Origin: the human T2T-CHM13v2.0 reference genome, Homo sapiens
Assembly (NCBI RefSeq): GCF_009914755.1
Contig: NC_060931.1
Reading direction: 5' to 3' (one strand)
Length of the DNA stretch: 64,000 nucleotides
The position numbers were made by a program, and so were the translations under genes. Below the pieces are notes generated by a model. That model was not told the origin of the DNA and did no database searches. It worked only from the letters and a program-made list of their open reading frames with translations. Of the stretch, positions 60,907 to 64,000 are shown in pieces; the stretch's first letter is position 1; each line of letters starts with the position of its first letter.

Positions 60907-61935
60907 TTACAATTTGGCATGTTTTTGCAGTGGCTGGTCTCAGTTGTTCCTTTCCATGTTTAGTGCTTCCTTCAGGAGCTCTTGTAAGGCAGGCCTGGTG
61001 GTGACAAAATCTCTCAGCATTTGCTTCTCTGTAAAGGATTTTATTTCTCCTTCACTTATGAAGCTTAGTTTGGCTGGATATGAAATTCTGGGTTGAAAAT
61101 TGTTTTCTTCAAGAATGTTGAATATTGGCCCCCACTCTCTTCTGGCTTGTAGAGTTTCTGCCGAGAGATCCGCTGTCAGTCTGATGGGCTTCCCTTTGTG
61201 GGTAACCCGACCTTTCTCTCTGGCTGCCCTTAACATTTTTTCCTTCATTTCAACTTTGGTGAATCTGACAATTACGTGTCTTGGAGTTGCTCTTCTCAAG
61301 AAGTATCTTTGTGGCGTTCTCTGTATTTCCTGAATTTGAATGTTGGCCCGCCTTGCTAGGTTGGGGAAGTTCTCCTGGATAATATCCTGAAGAGTGTTTT
61401 CCAACTTGGTTCCATTCTCCCCGTCACTTTCAGGTACACCTATCAGACGTACATTTGGTCTTTTCATATAGTCCCATATTTCTTGGAGGCTTTGTTTGTT
61501 TCTTTTTACTCTTTTTTCTCTAAACTTCTCTTCTTGCTTCATTTCATTCATTTGATCTTCAATCACTGATACCCTTTCTTCCACTTGATCAAATCGGCTA
61601 CCGAAGCTTGTGCATGCGTCACATAGTTCTTTTGCCATGGTTTTCAGCTCCATCAGGTCATTTAAGGTTTTCTCTGTGCTGCTTATTCTAGTTAGCCATT
61701 TGTCATATCTTTTTTTTCAAGGTTTTTAGCTTCTTTGCGATGGGTTTGAACATCCTCCTTTAGCTCAGAGAAGTTTGTTATTACTGATCTTCTGAGGCCT
61801 ACTTCTGTCAACTTGTCAAAGTCATTCTCCGTCCAGCTTCGTTCCGTTGCTGACGAGAAGCTGCGTTCCTCTGGAGGGGAAGAGGCACTCTGATTTTTGG
61901 AATTTTCAGCTTTTCTGCTCTGTTTTTTTCCCCAT
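60907..61935 (-). pseudogene. L1 ORF1, disrupted (frameshift near 61715, premature stop at 60940)
   Basis: ATG at 61935; 237-aa piece ...WDYMKRPNVRLIGVPE...ARREWGPIF...YPAKLSF. Confidence 0.9.
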
Positions 61936-64000
61936 CTTTGTGGTTTTATCTACCTTTGGTCTTTGATGATGGTGACCTAGAGATGGGGTTTTGGTGTGGA
62001 TGTCCTTTCTGTTTGTTTTCCTTCTAACAGTCAAGACCCCTCAGCTGCAGGTCTGTTGGAATTTGCTGGAGGTCCACTCCAGACCGTTTGCCTGGGTATC
62101 ACCAGCGGAGGCTGCAAATATTGCAGAACAGCAAAGGTTGCTGCCTGATCCTTCCTCTGGAAGCTTCGTCTCAGAGGGGCACCCAGCTGTATGAGGTGTC
62201 AGTCGGCCCTTACTGGGAGGTGTCTCCCATTTAGGCTACCCAGGGGTCAGGGACCCACTTGAGGAGGCAGTCTGTCCGTTCTCAGATCTCAAGCTGTGTG
62301 CTGGGAGAACCACTACTCTCTTCAAAGCTGTCAGACAGGGACGTTTAAGTCTGCAGAAGTTTCTGCTGCCTTTTGTTCAGCTATGCCCTGCCCCCAGAGG
62401 TGGAGTCTACAGAGGCAGGCAGGCCTCCTTGAGCTGTGGTGGGCTCCACCCAGTTTGAGCTTCCTGGCTGCTTCATTTACCTACTCAAGCCTCAGCAATG
62501 GTGGATGCCCCTCCCCTAACCTCGCTGCCACCTTGCAGTTTGATCTCAGACTGCTGTGCTAGCAGTGACCAAGGCTCCGTGGGTGTGGGACCCTCGGAGC
62601 CAGCGCAGGATATAACGTCCTGATGTGCTGTTTGCTGAGACCATTGGAAAAGTGCAGTATTAAGGTGGGAGTGTCCTGATTTTCCAGGTACCGTCTGTCA
62701 CGGCTTCCCTTAGCTAGGAAAGGGAACTCCCCGACCCCTTGCACTTCCTGGGACAGGCGATGCACCGCCCTGCTTTGGCTCACGCTCCGTGGGCTGCACC
62801 CACTGTCCAACAAGCCCCAGTGAGATGAACCCAGTACCTCAGTTGGAAATGCAGAAATGACCCATCTTCTGTGTCGCTCACGCTGGGAGCTGTAGACTGG
62901 AGCTGTTCTTATTTGGCCATCTTGGAATCCTCCCAGTCAGCATTTCCTTCTTTTATAAGGCTGAGTAGTATTCCACTGTGAGTATGTCCCACACTTTATC
63001 TATTCACCTGCTGATGGACACCTGGGTTGCTTGGTCTATCTTTTGGCTATTGTGGATAATGCTGCTATAAACGTAGGTGTACAAATACCTGTTTGAGTCC
63101 CTGCTATCAATTCTTTTAGGTATATAGCCAGGACTTCCAACTCTTCTAAATGGTTTTCCCTGTAGTTATTTGCCTCCAAATTACAAAATGATATGTTTAT
63201 ACTGTTTTCAGCTTCAGATATTACTGAATTCCTATCATGCAAGATGAAGTCTTAATCCTTACACACCTCTCTTAAACATGCACATACCTCCCTTTCCTTC
63301 AATATTCAGTAAATTGGACTTGGTAAAAATTATTGATAACCCAGCGCCACATAACATATTGTCATTACATTCCCTTATTCAATCACTAACTGATTCCCAA
63401 ATTATCCACTAGAAGAATACAAACATTCAAACACATTTGGTAATCTAATAATTTTATATTTTTCTCTGGAGACATCCTTCCTGGATAGGATTGCCAGATA
63501 AAATAACAGACACCCACTTAAACTTGAATTTCAGGTCATAACAAATATGGATCCTTTCATTCTTCTGATCCATCCTGAACTGGCTGCTCTCTAGACCAGT
63601 TTAATTACTCTTCCAAGTGTATTTTACCACTTTAAATTTGTAATACTAATTTAGAGCTGACTGACACTCCCATTTATTTAACTACTGTTTTACTTCCTAA
63701 AAGTAAAGATTTATAGTTTTTCTTCATATAGAATCATACCTTTCACAGTAAGTTTATTCTTCATGTTGGTTATCATGCATGAGATTTATATATGTATAAA
63801 CTTACATATATATTTAAGATTAGATATATGACTTTTGATACTAAATCAATTTAAATGTGATTACTGTAACACTTTAAAAACAGAACATATTTTTCTCCTC
63901 TATCTGAACACATTGAGAATTACACATTCTATCCATTGATATTAAAGCAAGCATTTTAGTATTTTGTAAATGTATACCTCTTTCCATTCTCCAAACACAG

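Overview
Human (primate) genomic DNA that I recognise from its translations as the 7q34 PARP12/KDM7A locus. Both genes are on the minus strand in tandem. Left part: the 5' end of PARP12 (CpG-island promoter with a triple-GAAA ISRE, then coding exons 1-5 for the CCCH zinc fingers and start of the WWE region; the gene runs off the left edge). Right part: the last nine coding exons of KDM7A (JHDM1D; 465 C-terminal codons plus stop, one GC-AG intron) and a ~6.3-kb 3'UTR. All 14 exons join in frame. About 21 kb between the genes and most intron sequence is transposon-derived: ~25 Alus, a full-length decayed L1PA with a 14-bp TSD, older L1M/L2/MIR, MaLR/ERVL LTRs, a near-complete HSMAR2, MER82, MER1B, a MADE1 palindrome and an RNY3-type Y-RNA retropseudogene. 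I see no clearly new multi-gene system. The strongest leads are splicing-level. (i) A perfect 19-bp duplication creates a second PARP12 exon-3 donor whose use forms a TGA exactly at the exon-4 junction. (ii) An open, splice-site-bounded 133/137-nt candidate exon lies 25-29 nt upstream of a KDM7A exon, a mutually exclusive geometry. (iii) A sense full-length L1 sits between the KDM7A catalytic core and its C-terminal exons. Repeat subfamily names and exon numbers come from recall, not from a search.
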